Below are positions 29,134-38,648 of a DNA stretch of 64,000 nucleotides, in pieces. The translations under genes and the position numbers were made by a program. How positions within the stretch are numbered: position 1 is the stretch's first letter; each line of letters opens with the position of its first letter. The stretch covers positions 65,072 to 129,071 of the forward strand of contig CAYMAO010000001.1 in assembly GCA_964388415.1 (NCBI GenBank), read 5' to 3'. Below the pieces are notes generated by a model, which saw only the letters and a program-made list of their open reading frames with translations, was not told the origin of the DNA and did no database searches. Source of the DNA: an uncultured Planctomycetaceae bacterium. Its GTDB lineage: Bacteria; Planctomycetota; Planctomycetia; Planctomycetales; Planctomycetaceae.

Positions 29134-30270
29134 TTACACGGTCCGGCGGACTTTCCGCCCGGCGGTGAAGCGGTCGATCACGAGATTGCCCAGGTCTTGC
29201 GCGTTGCAGTAGGCCGCGACGCCGCCGCTGGCTTTCGCCATCCGCTCCACGAAGTTCACCAGGTCGAGATAAAAGTAGTCCTCGATCAGCGCGAAGCTCG
29301 ACAGTTGAATGCCTTCTCGGGCGCACTGACGCACTTCGGCCAGCGTGGCGTTTGCCGTCTGTTCGCACGGAGGGTAGATCAAGAGCACATCGCGGCCTTC
29401 GATGTGGGCCGTCGGTTCGCCGTCGGTGATCGTCACGATCTGCTTATTCTGCGCCCCTTGCCGGCGTAAGATTCTCCGGGCGTACTGCAGCCCGGCATGA
29501 ATGTTCGTAAAATGTTGCGGCACAAAACGGGGAGGATGATCGAGACTCACCCGCAACCGGACCCGGGGATCAAACAGGCTGACCGGCTTCGGGGCCGACA
29601 ACAGCAGTTCCCGCTCGTTCATCGGCGAGGCGAATGTGTAGAACCCGACGACCTGCAAGAAGTCTCCCTGGTATTTTCCGCGGACGAGGGCCTGCATGGC
29701 CAGGGCGACTTTTTTCGCCGCACCGTATTTGCCGAAACGGCTCATGCTGCCGGACATGTCCAAAAGGACGACAGTCGCGCACGACGTCTGATACTCGGAT
29801 TCATTGATCGCGAAGTCGTCTTCGGTGACGCGGATCGGCGTCCCCTGGCCTTGACGCTGCAGCGCATTCCGTAGCGTCTCCTGCAGATTCAGATTGGCGA
29901 CCGGGTCACCGTACTCGTAGGGCTTCGTCTCATCCTGCCGGACCGTGCCCGTCCCGCGGAAGTCGGTTTCATGACGGCCCAGCGTGTCTTTCCGGCGGAC
30001 ATCGAACAGCTCTTCCAGCGCCTTGTTTTCGACGCGGCGCAACCCCTTCGGCGTGACGCGGAATTTCCCCTCGGCGTCTTTCTCGATGTAGCCCTGCTTC
30101 AAAAGCAGGTCGAGCAGTTCCGGGTTCTCTTCCTCCCACTGGTTCAGCGAGTCAAGCACATCCTCGCCGTACTGCATCAGGTATTCGCTGAGTTGGTCGA
30201 AGAGCCGATCCGCCGATTGCGGCGTGAACTCCTGCGATCCGTCCCAGCGGGAGTATTCATACGCGGGCAT
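29134..30270 (-). CDS. VWA domain protein (CoxE-like)
   Basis: MIDAS motif VVLLDMSGSMS. CoxE-like VWA C-terminal region. Start placed at ATG (MPAYEYSRWDG); the track GTG-30372 extension is Pro/Arg/Cys-rich and implausible. Confidence 0.75.
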   Translation of the reverse strand: MPAYEYSRWDGSQEFTPQSADRLFDQLSEYLMQYGEDVLDSLNQWEEENPELLDLLLKQGYIEKDAEGKFRVTPKGLRRVENKALEELFDVRRKDTLGRHETDFRGTGTVRQDETKPYEYGDPVANLNLQETLRNALQRQGQGTPIRVTEDDFAINESEYQTSCATVVLLDMSGSMSRFGKYGAAKKVALAMQALVRGKYQGDFLQVVGFYTFASPMNERELLLSAPKPVSLFDPRVRLRVSLDHPPRFVPQHFTNIHAGLQYARRILRRQGAQNKQIVTITDGEPTAHIEGRDVLLIYPPCEQTANATLAEVRQCAREGIQLSSFALIEDYFYLDLVNFVERMAKASGGVAAYCNAQDLGNLVIDRFTAGRKVRRTV

Positions 30271-30368
30271 GGCGAGTCCGATGCGGCGACAAGGAAACGG
30301 CAAACAGCAGCGTCCTGGGAATTGTAACCGATTCGGCCTCGCCGTGAGAAAAACAATCAACGGCGGTA

Positions 30369-33300
30369 TCACCGGCGAGGTACGTCCGGCGGAGGTTCCG
30401 GGAAGATGGGAGGCGGCAATCCCCCGGTGCCGGGCATGTCTCCCAGATAAATCTGCCGGCGCCCCGTCAGGCCCGGGTCAACCAGCGTGAAGGGTTTGCC
30501 GCTCAACGCTTCGACGACGGCCGTCCAATACCAGTGCTGGCGCGACAATTCCGGATGCCCGCGCGACACGGCCAGCAGTTGTTGCAGACGGTCGGCTTGC
30601 CCCCGGGATGCCTGCCGGCGCTGTACCGCGGCGGCTTCCGCGTCGACTAACACCGCGGCCGCAGTGCCGGAAAGCGTCCGGTCTCCGGCGGCATCCGGCG
30701 TGGAAAGCGATTTCCACGCGTCGTCGCTCAGTGTCCAGTCGGAAATATTCTGCGGCTTGCCCCGTCGATCCAACTGGCGGATCGCAGTTTCTCCTGCGGC
30801 GCCGAACAGCGTTCGCGTTGCCAAGGCCTCGGCTTCATTCACGGCCTGCTCACTCTGCTCCCAGGCGTCGGACACCTGGCGGTAAGCGTCCACGACCGGC
30901 CGCGGGGGATGAACATCCAGCCAATGCACGGCGAGCACATCCAGACCAACATCGTACCCCGCGATCCGTTGCTGCAAATCTTCTCGGCAGCGCTGCTCTA
31001 ATTCGGTGCGCTGCTCCGTCAGGACCGCATCCAGCGGCTGCGCGGCAATCGCCGCCCTAAGCACACTCTCCGCGGCAGACCGCAGCAGTTCATCCGGCTG
31101 CAGCCCCCCGGACAACGCAAATCGCTGCACGTCGGCAATGCGGTAGTGAACTTCCGCCGTCAATTCCACGGCGACTTCGTCCCCCGTCAGGTACAGCGAT
31201 TCCTCCGGTACGCCGCGAAAGTGGGCGTCCTCATGCGAACTCGTCCACTCCAGATCCACGCGATCCTCGGTTGTCGGTTTTGCAACGCTTTCACCGGTGC
31301 GAAATCCGACCGACACCGACTTCACCTCTGAAGGGCGCAGCCGGACCAATCGCTCCAACGGCCACGGCCACCGCCAGGACCAGCCGGCCGACAGCGTCTC
31401 GTGATATTGGCCGCCGCGCAATACGACCACGGCTTCGTCATCGCGGACCATCACGATCTGGCTTGCCAGCCAGGCGATTGCCAGGCCGCATCCGGCGAGT
31501 TGCAACGTCAGCCGCCAGCCGCGAATTCCTTTCGCGAGCAACCGCCCGGGTGACAGCCGCGCGGCCCATTGCTCGAGAAAAGCATTCCCATCGAAATGCA
31601 CCGTCTTTGTCGCCGAGGGGCGATCTTGAAACCGCAATAGTCGCAACGCGTTCAACAGCACGAGCAAAGAAGCGGCTTCATGAAACACGGCCGCCGCCAC
31701 GGGAGACAACCAGCCCGTGCTGCAAGCCAGCACTCCCGCGCCATTGACCCCGAGGGCAAACCAGTACAGGCTTTGCCCGATGTTTTCTACCAGCGCCCGC
31801 GACAGCCGGACTAGCCCCGGCAGCGGCCGCAGCGGATCGCCCAGCAGCAGGATCTCGCCCGCTTCGCCTGCCGGCACACTCCCCGAACGGCACACAGCAA
31901 GCCCGACATCCGCCGCCGCGAGCGCCGGCCCGTCATTGAGGCCGTCGCCAATCATCGCCACGCGCTGGCCGGATTTCTGCGCCGCTTCAATCCAATGGGC
32001 CTTGTCCTCAGGCAGTTGCTGCGCCGCGACGTGATCGAACAGGGCCAGTCGCAAGGCCGCCGCTTGCGCAGGCAATTCGCGATCGCCCGTCAGCATGACA
32101 AGCCGGCGAATCCCAAGCTGCTTTAATTCGCGCAGGACCGCCGCTGATTCTTCACGAAGCGTCTCCTGGATGCCCAGCACGCCGGCGAGCTGACCATCGA
32201 CGCCGATCAGCAGCGGCGTCTGTCCGGCTTGCAGCAACTGATGGATGGCCTCCATGCCTGCGGCCGGCATCGTGACGTTGCGATCAGCGAGCAGCCGCTC
32301 CGAGCCGATCACCACCTGCCGCGCCGACGATTCCGATGCAGACTCTGGACCAGGTTTCGCGAGCGTCACCTGGGCCGTGACGCCGGCCCCGAGGTGCGCC
32401 GCAAAGTCCTTCGGCCAGGCCAGGTCCAGTTGGTGGGATTGCGCCGCGGTACGCAGCAACTGGGCGATGGGATGCGCGCTCGGACGTTCCGCGCTCGCTG
32501 CCAGTTGCAGCAGGTCCGTTGTGGACAACTCGCCGACGGAGAGGATGCTTCCCAACGAGAGATCACCTTCACTGAGCGTGCCTGTCTTGTCGAACGCGAA
32601 GACGTCGATGCCTGCCAGCCGTTCCAGCGCGGCCGATCCCTTCACGACGATGCCCCGCCGCGCCAGCCAGGCGAGCGCCGCCATCACGGCACAGGGGGTC
32701 GCTAGAATCAACGGGCACGGACAGGCCACGACAAGCACGCCAAGCGCCGGCAGCCAGCCCGCCTGCCACGTGCCGGTCTGCACCCGCCAGGCCAGCAGCG
32801 TGATCGCCGCGATGGCGAGCACCGCCGGCAAGAACCACCGGGCGAACCGGTCCGCCGTCCGTTCGCATCGCATCTTGCGCGACGTCGCCTGCCGGACCAG
32901 CCGTTCCATCTCCGCAAGGGCGGTGTTCGCACCGGACTTCTCGACGCGAATCGTGAGTGCCGACGTGAGATTGACGGTCCCGGCAATCACCGCGTCGTCC
33001 GTCGTCTTTTCGACCGGCAGACTCTCGCCGGAGATCAGGCTTTCGTTGATCGACGACATTCCCGTCACAATCCGGCCATCTGCGGGAATGCGGTCTCCGG
33101 CCCGGACCAGCACCAGGTCGCCGGGCTGTAAGGCTTCCGCGGCGATCTCCCGTTCCAGTCCGTCACGAATGAGCTGCGCCGTCTCCGGCCGCTGCTCGAA
33201 TGTTCGTCGAATGGCCCGCTTCGCTTGAGACAGCGTGAAGCCTTCGACGCTCTCCCCGATCAGCGAGATGAACACGACCAGGCCGGCCGTCTGATGTTCG

Positions 33301-33632
33301 CCAAGCGCGATCGCCGCCAGGCATGCCGTCGTCAGCGCGAGGTCGGCTCCGAACCGCCCGGCGAGCACGTTCTCGAGGCTGTGATAGAGAATCCGCGCGC
33401 CGCCCGACACTGCGGCGAACAGTGCCAGCCGATAGCCCCACGGAGCGCGCAGCCACTCCCAGCCGCCGGGAAGAGTCGCCAGCCCTAAGACCATGTCACC
33501 GGCCAGCAGCAGCCCGACGACTGCGGTCAAGGCATATAGCGAGGCAACTTCCGCCAGCGCGGCTTCGTCGGACCGCGAACCGCGCGCCGGCTCCTGAAAG
33601 AATTCACACGCCGATTCTGGAACATAATGCAT
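30369..33632 (-). CDS. P1B-type heavy-metal-translocating P-type ATPase fused to a C-terminal SPFH/band-7 (HflK/HflC-like) domain
   Basis: ATPase motifs CPC (VACPCPLILATP), DKTGTLS and MIGDGLNDGPALAAADVG. After the last ATPase TM pair comes an extra TM helix (LTLQLAGCGLAIAWLASQIVMV). It is followed by SPFH-like sequence: VVVLRGGQYHETLSAGW..., LTGDEVAVELTAEVHYRIADVQRF..., DVLAVHWLDV...RQV. Single 1087-aa uninterrupted ORF. Confidence 0.75.
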   Translation of the reverse strand: MHYVPESACEFFQEPARGSRSDEAALAEVASLYALTAVVGLLLAGDMVLGLATLPGGWEWLRAPWGYRLALFAAVSGGARILYHSLENVLAGRFGADLALTTACLAAIALGEHQTAGLVVFISLIGESVEGFTLSQAKRAIRRTFEQRPETAQLIRDGLEREIAAEALQPGDLVLVRAGDRIPADGRIVTGMSSINESLISGESLPVEKTTDDAVIAGTVNLTSALTIRVEKSGANTALAEMERLVRQATSRKMRCERTADRFARWFLPAVLAIAAITLLAWRVQTGTWQAGWLPALGVLVVACPCPLILATPCAVMAALAWLARRGIVVKGSAALERLAGIDVFAFDKTGTLSEGDLSLGSILSVGELSTTDLLQLAASAERPSAHPIAQLLRTAAQSHQLDLAWPKDFAAHLGAGVTAQVTLAKPGPESASESSARQVVIGSERLLADRNVTMPAAGMEAIHQLLQAGQTPLLIGVDGQLAGVLGIQETLREESAAVLRELKQLGIRRLVMLTGDRELPAQAAALRLALFDHVAAQQLPEDKAHWIEAAQKSGQRVAMIGDGLNDGPALAAADVGLAVCRSGSVPAGEAGEILLLGDPLRPLPGLVRLSRALVENIGQSLYWFALGVNGAGVLACSTGWLSPVAAAVFHEAASLLVLLNALRLLRFQDRPSATKTVHFDGNAFLEQWAARLSPGRLLAKGIRGWRLTLQLAGCGLAIAWLASQIVMVRDDEAVVVLRGGQYHETLSAGWSWRWPWPLERLVRLRPSEVKSVSVGFRTGESVAKPTTEDRVDLEWTSSHEDAHFRGVPEESLYLTGDEVAVELTAEVHYRIADVQRFALSGGLQPDELLRSAAESVLRAAIAAQPLDAVLTEQRTELEQRCREDLQQRIAGYDVGLDVLAVHWLDVHPPRPVVDAYRQVSDAWEQSEQAVNEAEALATRTLFGAAGETAIRQLDRRGKPQNISDWTLSDDAWKSLSTPDAAGDRTLSGTAAAVLVDAEAAAVQRRQASRGQADRLQQLLAVSRGHPELSRQHWYWTAVVEALSGKPFTLVDPGLTGRRQIYLGDMPGTGGLPPPIFPEPPPDVPRR

Positions 33633-33687
33633 TCTGAAATCATAATCGCCGCGCGCGACCCTTCGCCATGCCGGAGTTGATCCGACG

Positions 33688-33996
33688 TCATCCCGGCAGG
33701 TCGACCAGCACGTCGTCGCCCGTCACGGTGACGTCGTACTTCCTGGTCTGAATGTGGGCCGTCAGGCAGTGCCGGCCGGTGGTCACGTCGAATTGCCAGC
33801 CATGCCAGGGGCACGTGACGATGTTCTTCCGCAGCATTCCTTTCCCGAGCGGCCCGCCGGCGTGCGGGCACACGCCGTCAACAGCGTAGTACTCCCCGTC
33901 GACGTGATACAGTGCGATGATTTTCCCGTCGATCACCAGTTCTTTGCCGGTGCCGTTCGGGATGTCGGTTACGCAAGCGGCGCGGTGTTGAGTCAT
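33688..33996 (-). CDS. Rieske [2Fe-2S] domain protein
   Basis: CPHAGGPL...(17)...CPWHGWQF (CxH...CxxH). Start at ATG 33996 (MTQHRAACVTD). Confidence 0.75.
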   Translation of the reverse strand: MTQHRAACVTDIPNGTGKELVIDGKIIALYHVDGEYYAVDGVCPHAGGPLGKGMLRKNIVTCPWHGWQFDVTTGRHCLTAHIQTRKYDVTVTGDDVLVDLPG

Positions 33997-34096
33997 ACCG
34001 ATAGGATGCGGGATGAGCGGGCCGGGATCAAGGATAATCCCAAAGCCCGGCGATGGCATCGCCGGGATCCCGCCGTCGCCGACGGCGGGCTTTCCC

Positions 34097-35044
34097 TCAT
34101 GCCGCCTTCAATTCCCTTGCCGGCCGCTTCCGCGGTTCGCTCTTCCAGCGGCGATGAACCCAGAAGTATTGCTCCGGCGCGCGTCGGACGGCTTGCTCGA
34201 GCGCCGACGTGTACTGCTGCGTGATTTCGCGGACCGGGTCTTTCGACGTGATTCGCCGGGGGTCGATGACGGCGTCCATCTGCATCCGGAACCGCGACCA
34301 ACCGATGCGGTCGAAATCATCCGGCAGGCGAATCGTCGAACCGACGACGAGGAGGGCATCATACTCCAGCGCCAACAGCGCGATCGACTTGAACGTCGAT
34401 GCCGGCGTCCCGAAGTAATCGACGAACAGCCCGCGCGAGCCGGCGTCCTGGTCGCACAGCAGGCCGATGTTGCCGCCGCGATCGAGCAGCGTCAGCATCT
34501 CGTCGAAGTCGCCCTTTTTCGCCAGAAGATGGTGGCCGGTTCGTTGCCGCTCGCGGGAAAACCAGGCCTGGAGGTACGGGTTGTCCATTTCGCGGGCGAC
34601 GACTCCCATGCGGAAACCCCAGACGCCGAACAGGGCCATGCCGATCTCCCAACTGCCGAAGTGCCCGCCGAGCACCAGCACCCTGCGGCCGGACAACAAG
34701 GCATTGTTCGAGTCGGCCAGCCCTTCGAATTCAACGATCCGGCGATAGCTGTGCAGGTGAAGTTTTCTTGGGGCCTGAACCATCTCAATCACCGTGCGGA
34801 ACAGGTGGACCCACATGCCGTGCCGCAGCCGGCGCAATTCATTTTTTCTGATCTCTGGTCCAAACGCCCGGCGCAGATTATCGTAAATGACTTCCGTCCG
34901 CGTCCATTTTTCCGGCAGCGAATCACAGAAAAACGTCGCCAGCCTGTTCGCCCAGCGCGCAGCGGCCCTGGGCGACAGGCAATCAATCCAGCAGACCGCC
35001 AGCCGAAACGCCAGAAACTCGAACCAAAATCGCACCGCCTGCAT
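34097..35044 (-). CDS. LpxL/HtrB-family lysophospholipid (lipid A late) acyltransferase
   Basis: HFGSWE (HX4E acyltransferase motif). LpxL-like length after trimming to ATG 35044 (MQAVRFWFEF...). Confidence 0.7.
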   Translation of the reverse strand: MQAVRFWFEFLAFRLAVCWIDCLSPRAAARWANRLATFFCDSLPEKWTRTEVIYDNLRRAFGPEIRKNELRRLRHGMWVHLFRTVIEMVQAPRKLHLHSYRRIVEFEGLADSNNALLSGRRVLVLGGHFGSWEIGMALFGVWGFRMGVVAREMDNPYLQAWFSRERQRTGHHLLAKKGDFDEMLTLLDRGGNIGLLCDQDAGSRGLFVDYFGTPASTFKSIALLALEYDALLVVGSTIRLPDDFDRIGWSRFRMQMDAVIDPRRITSKDPVREITQQYTSALEQAVRRAPEQYFWVHRRWKSEPRKRPARELKAA

Positions 35045-35277
35045 CGTGTGCCCCTGACCGCTCCATCGGGACGCCGGTCGTATGTTGATCGCGTGCGAAG
35101 TGAGCGGCGGTTCCCGTCGCAAAGTCTCTCCGGAATCGCGATTTCCGTCAATTGAAGTTCGTCGGAAGATGTCGCTCGAACACTCGTCGCTCGTCGTCTG
35201 GGGTTGGTCGATGCTATGATGGGTCCCCTGCGGCCTTTTCATGTGTTGCCGGCATTCGCAGTCAGGGTTTCCGATCG

Positions 35278-37002
35278 ATGCTACATCTCAACGCGAGACG
35301 AAATACGCCGCGGCTAAGACGAAGGCGTATTGCCTGGCTGTTGTGCTCCATCGGCTGGGTCTGTTCGTCTGTCACTGCTGAAGACCGGCCACCGTATGAC
35401 GTCGTCATCCGTCAGGGACGAATCGTCGATGGCACGGGCAACCCGTGGTATCACGGCGACCTGGCGATCCGGGGTGATCGAATCGCGGCCATCGGAAGAA
35501 TCCCTGCCAAGGCAGGTCAGACAGAGATTGACGCCCAAGGGTTGGTCGTCGCTCCGGGCTTCATCGATATTCACGCTCACTCGGAAACGTTGCTGCTGGA
35601 AGACGGGGCCGCACACAGCAAAATCCGCCAGGGAGTGACGACGGAAATCTTCGGCGAAAGCGATTCCGCTGGCCCGGCTTCGGGAAAAATCGGACCGCAG
35701 AAACTCACGGTCGGCGATCGCACGCTGACCTGGAGCACGCTCGGCGATTATTTCGAAACGGTAGGCCGCGAAGGAGCCGCCGTGAATGTCGGATCGTATG
35801 TCGGCCTGGGGTCTGTCTGGCGCTGCGTGATGGGAGATTCCTTCGACCGGCCGACCGCCGGCCAGTTGCAAGAGATGCGAGTGCTGATTCGCGAGGCGCT
35901 GGCCGACGGCGCCCTGGGCCTCTCCAGCATGTTGATGATGCCGCCGGGGTCGCTGGCCACGACCGACGACATCGTGGAGCTATGCGGCGAATTGTCTGCA
36001 TTCGGGGGGATTTATTCGTCGCACATTCGCACCGAAGGGATCGACGTGTTCGATGCCGTCCGGGAAGCGATCGCCATCGGCGAACGGGCGCGCGTGCCGG
36101 TGGACATCATTCACCTGAAGATTGCCGATCAAAAGTGCTGGGGCCGGATGGATGAACTGATCGCCCTGATCGAAGCGGCCCGCCGGCGCGGCGTGAATGT
36201 TCAGGCCAACGTGTATCCTTACACCCGCGGGAACAACAATCTGGCCAGCATCGTTCCGCCGTGGGCCCATGAAGGGGGCACTGCCAGGCTGCTTGAACGT
36301 CTGAATGACCGCGCGCAGCGCGATAAGATCAAGCGAGATATCCGGCAGGGACTTCCCGGCTGGTATAACCATTACACGGCCGTCGGCAATGATTGGAGCC
36401 GAATGCTCATCAGCAAGGAGACGACGTTCAAAGGACTGACGATGGACCGCGTGCTGGCGACGCGCACCGCTGGAAAATCGCCCCCGGTGGATGTTCTGGA
36501 CGAGTTTCTCGATTATCTCGTGCAGGAAGACGGCAGCGTCTCGACGATCTTCGCCCATCACACCGAAGAGGATATGACCGCTGCCTTGTCGCAGCCGTGG
36601 TGTTCAGTCGGTTCCGACGGTTCGGCCCTGGCAACGGACGGGCCGCTCCGCCGGGGAAATCCTCATCCGCGCAGCTTCGGAACGTTTCCCCGCGTGCTCG
36701 GGGTGTATGCCCGGGACCTCAACGTGCTTCGCCTGGAAGACGCCATCCGCAAGATGACCTCGCTCAACGCCGCGAAGGTCGGTTTGCAGGATCGCGGCCT
36801 GCTGCAGCCGGGACGGTTTGCGGACATTGTCCTGTTCGACCCCTTGCAGGTGCGCGATCTCGCCACGTACACCGAACCGTTTCAGTATCCCGAGGGGATC
36901 GAGACCGTGATCGTCAACGGTGAAATCGTTTTGGACCAGGGGACGCCGACCGGCCGACGTCCTGGCCGACCGCTGCGCGGCGTACGCGACTCGTCACCCT
37001 GA
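35278..37002 (+). CDS. N-acyl-D-amino-acid deacylase family amidohydrolase (secreted)
   Basis: Signal peptide. GFIDIHAHSE metal-binding motif. D-aminoacylase-like architecture. Confidence 0.7.
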   Translation: MLHLNARRNTPRLRRRRIAWLLCSIGWVCSSVTAEDRPPYDVVIRQGRIVDGTGNPWYHGDLAIRGDRIAAIGRIPAKAGQTEIDAQGLVVAPGFIDIHAHSETLLLEDGAAHSKIRQGVTTEIFGESDSAGPASGKIGPQKLTVGDRTLTWSTLGDYFETVGREGAAVNVGSYVGLGSVWRCVMGDSFDRPTAGQLQEMRVLIREALADGALGLSSMLMMPPGSLATTDDIVELCGELSAFGGIYSSHIRTEGIDVFDAVREAIAIGERARVPVDIIHLKIADQKCWGRMDELIALIEAARRRGVNVQANVYPYTRGNNNLASIVPPWAHEGGTARLLERLNDRAQRDKIKRDIRQGLPGWYNHYTAVGNDWSRMLISKETTFKGLTMDRVLATRTAGKSPPVDVLDEFLDYLVQEDGSVSTIFAHHTEEDMTAALSQPWCSVGSDGSALATDGPLRRGNPHPRSFGTFPRVLGVYARDLNVLRLEDAIRKMTSLNAAKVGLQDRGLLQPGRFADIVLFDPLQVRDLATYTEPFQYPEGIETVIVNGEIVLDQGTPTGRRPGRPLRGVRDSSP

Positions 37003-37122
37003 GTCGCCGTTATTCGGTGTTCATTTCCCAGCCGCCTCTGCCTCGAACTTCGTAGGAGCGTTCCCATTCAGCCCACATCGTTACCGCCAGCCGTCCCTGA
37101 GGCCCGCACCGGTTCGCCGGGA

Positions 37123-38553
37123 TTGTCCCGTGAACTGGGGCTGGGCGTGGCGATCTCCATCGTCGTGGGCAATGTCATCGGTTCAGGAATTTTCAATAAG
37201 CCCGGGGTGATCGCGCTCTATGGCGGCAACGTGCCGACCATTCTCGCCGGCTGGGTGGCGTGCGGCGTGCTGTGCCTGTTTGGCGCGCTCTGTTTTGCGG
37301 AGCTCTCGGCGATGCTGCCCCACGCGGGCGGGCTGTACGTCTTTATTCGCGAGGCCTATGGCCGGCCGGCGGCATTTCTTTTCGGCGTGAATGAATATGC
37401 CATCGGCCGGCCGGCGTCCATCGGCGCGCTCGCGCATTATGCCGCGTTCCTCATCGGGAACATGATCTTGCCGCACGACATGCAGTTGACGGCCTGGGGG
37501 CAGGCCGTGCTGGCGGTGGGGTTGATCGTCCCTTTTGCGATGGTCAACATCTTCGGCGTCTATTGGGGAGGGCTCGTTCAAGGCGGCAGTACGCTGGTCA
37601 AAGCCGGCTTCGTGGGATTGCTCGCCCTGTTGCCGTTCGTGCTGTGGGTCTTTCAAGCCCCGGTCAGCGTGAAGTGGTCGAACTTTTTGACAACGTCGAT
37701 CCCCCCCGAGGGGGCCACCTTCGGCATGAGGTTCGCCGCCGTCATGCTGGCCATGATGTGGGCCTACAACGGCTGGCACGACGTGGCCCCGGTGGCGGAA
37801 GAAATCAAAAACCCGCAACGAAATGTACCATTGTCGCTGATTCTCGGCGTGATCCTCCTCGTGTTCCTCTATGCCGGAGCGAATCTGGCTTATCACGCCG
37901 TGCTCTCGCTGGAAGAAGTTGCTCAAGCCAAGATGGCGGCGCCGCAAGAGATGATCCGCCGCTTGTTTGCCCCGTGGGGCGCAGGCGTGTCCTCGGGCAT
38001 GATCGCCGTGATGTCGCTGGTGATTCTGTGCAGCGTGCTCGGGGCGGTGAACAGCAACTTGCTGCTGGGGCCGAGAATTGCGTTCGCCATGGGGAGGGAC
38101 AACCTCGCTCCGCAGATTCTCGGCACGGTTCATGCTGCGTGGCGCACGCCGGCGGCGTCCATTGCCCTGCAGGCGCTGCTCGGAGCGGGTTTCGTGCTGC
38201 TGGTGACGTACTTGCAGAAGAATGTCGATCTCTTCGCCGAGATCAACGTTTTTGACTTTCTGACCGACACCGTGGTCTATTGCGCCAGCGTGTTCTATTT
38301 CCTTTGCGTCGTCGCCGTTTATGTCTTTCGGTTTCGCAATCCCCATTGGACGCGGCCCTATCGCACCTGGGGCTACCCGGTCACTCCGGCCTTCTTTGCC
38401 GCATCGTATGTCGTTTTCCTGTATTTCGCCTGGCTGGCGAAGCCTCTGGAGTCCATCTCGGGAATAGTGCTGATCGTCGCCGCCGTGCCGTTGTATTTTC
38501 TCTGGCAGCAACTCGGCTCCCGATCTCTGCCGGACGCCCCCAAAGCTCCGTAG
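37123..38553 (+). CDS. APC-family amino acid permease
   Basis: SRELGLGVAISIVVGNVIGSGIF N-terminal APC signature. 12 TM helices. TTG is the first in-frame start after the upstream stop. Confidence 0.8.
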   Translation: MSRELGLGVAISIVVGNVIGSGIFNKPGVIALYGGNVPTILAGWVACGVLCLFGALCFAELSAMLPHAGGLYVFIREAYGRPAAFLFGVNEYAIGRPASIGALAHYAAFLIGNMILPHDMQLTAWGQAVLAVGLIVPFAMVNIFGVYWGGLVQGGSTLVKAGFVGLLALLPFVLWVFQAPVSVKWSNFLTTSIPPEGATFGMRFAAVMLAMMWAYNGWHDVAPVAEEIKNPQRNVPLSLILGVILLVFLYAGANLAYHAVLSLEEVAQAKMAAPQEMIRRLFAPWGAGVSSGMIAVMSLVILCSVLGAVNSNLLLGPRIAFAMGRDNLAPQILGTVHAAWRTPAASIALQALLGAGFVLLVTYLQKNVDLFAEINVFDFLTDTVVYCASVFYFLCVVAVYVFRFRNPHWTRPYRTWGYPVTPAFFAASYVVFLYFAWLAKPLESISGIVLIVAAVPLYFLWQQLGSRSLPDAPKAP

Positions 38554-38597
38554 AAGTTCACCGTTCCTGACCGCGGAGTCTCATTGCGAGCCCCTGC

Positions 38598-38626
38598 CAA
38601 AGCCCGGCGTCGGCGACGCCGGGAAC
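38598..38626. repeat. REP-like palindromic element copy A: CAAAGCCCGGCGTCGGCGACGCCGGGAAC
   Basis: Hairpin CCCGGCGTC-GGC-GACGCCGGG between a convergent gene pair. Same unit is found at 52230 and, inverted, at 63396. Confidence 0.7.
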
Positions 38627-38648
38627 GTCTTAGCATTCGCTAACTCTT

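Noticed and set aside
34013-35155. 380-aa ORF on the plus strand
   Set aside because: Antisense to the LpxL-like acyltransferase, which has the HX4E motif. Arg/Pro/Gln-rich.
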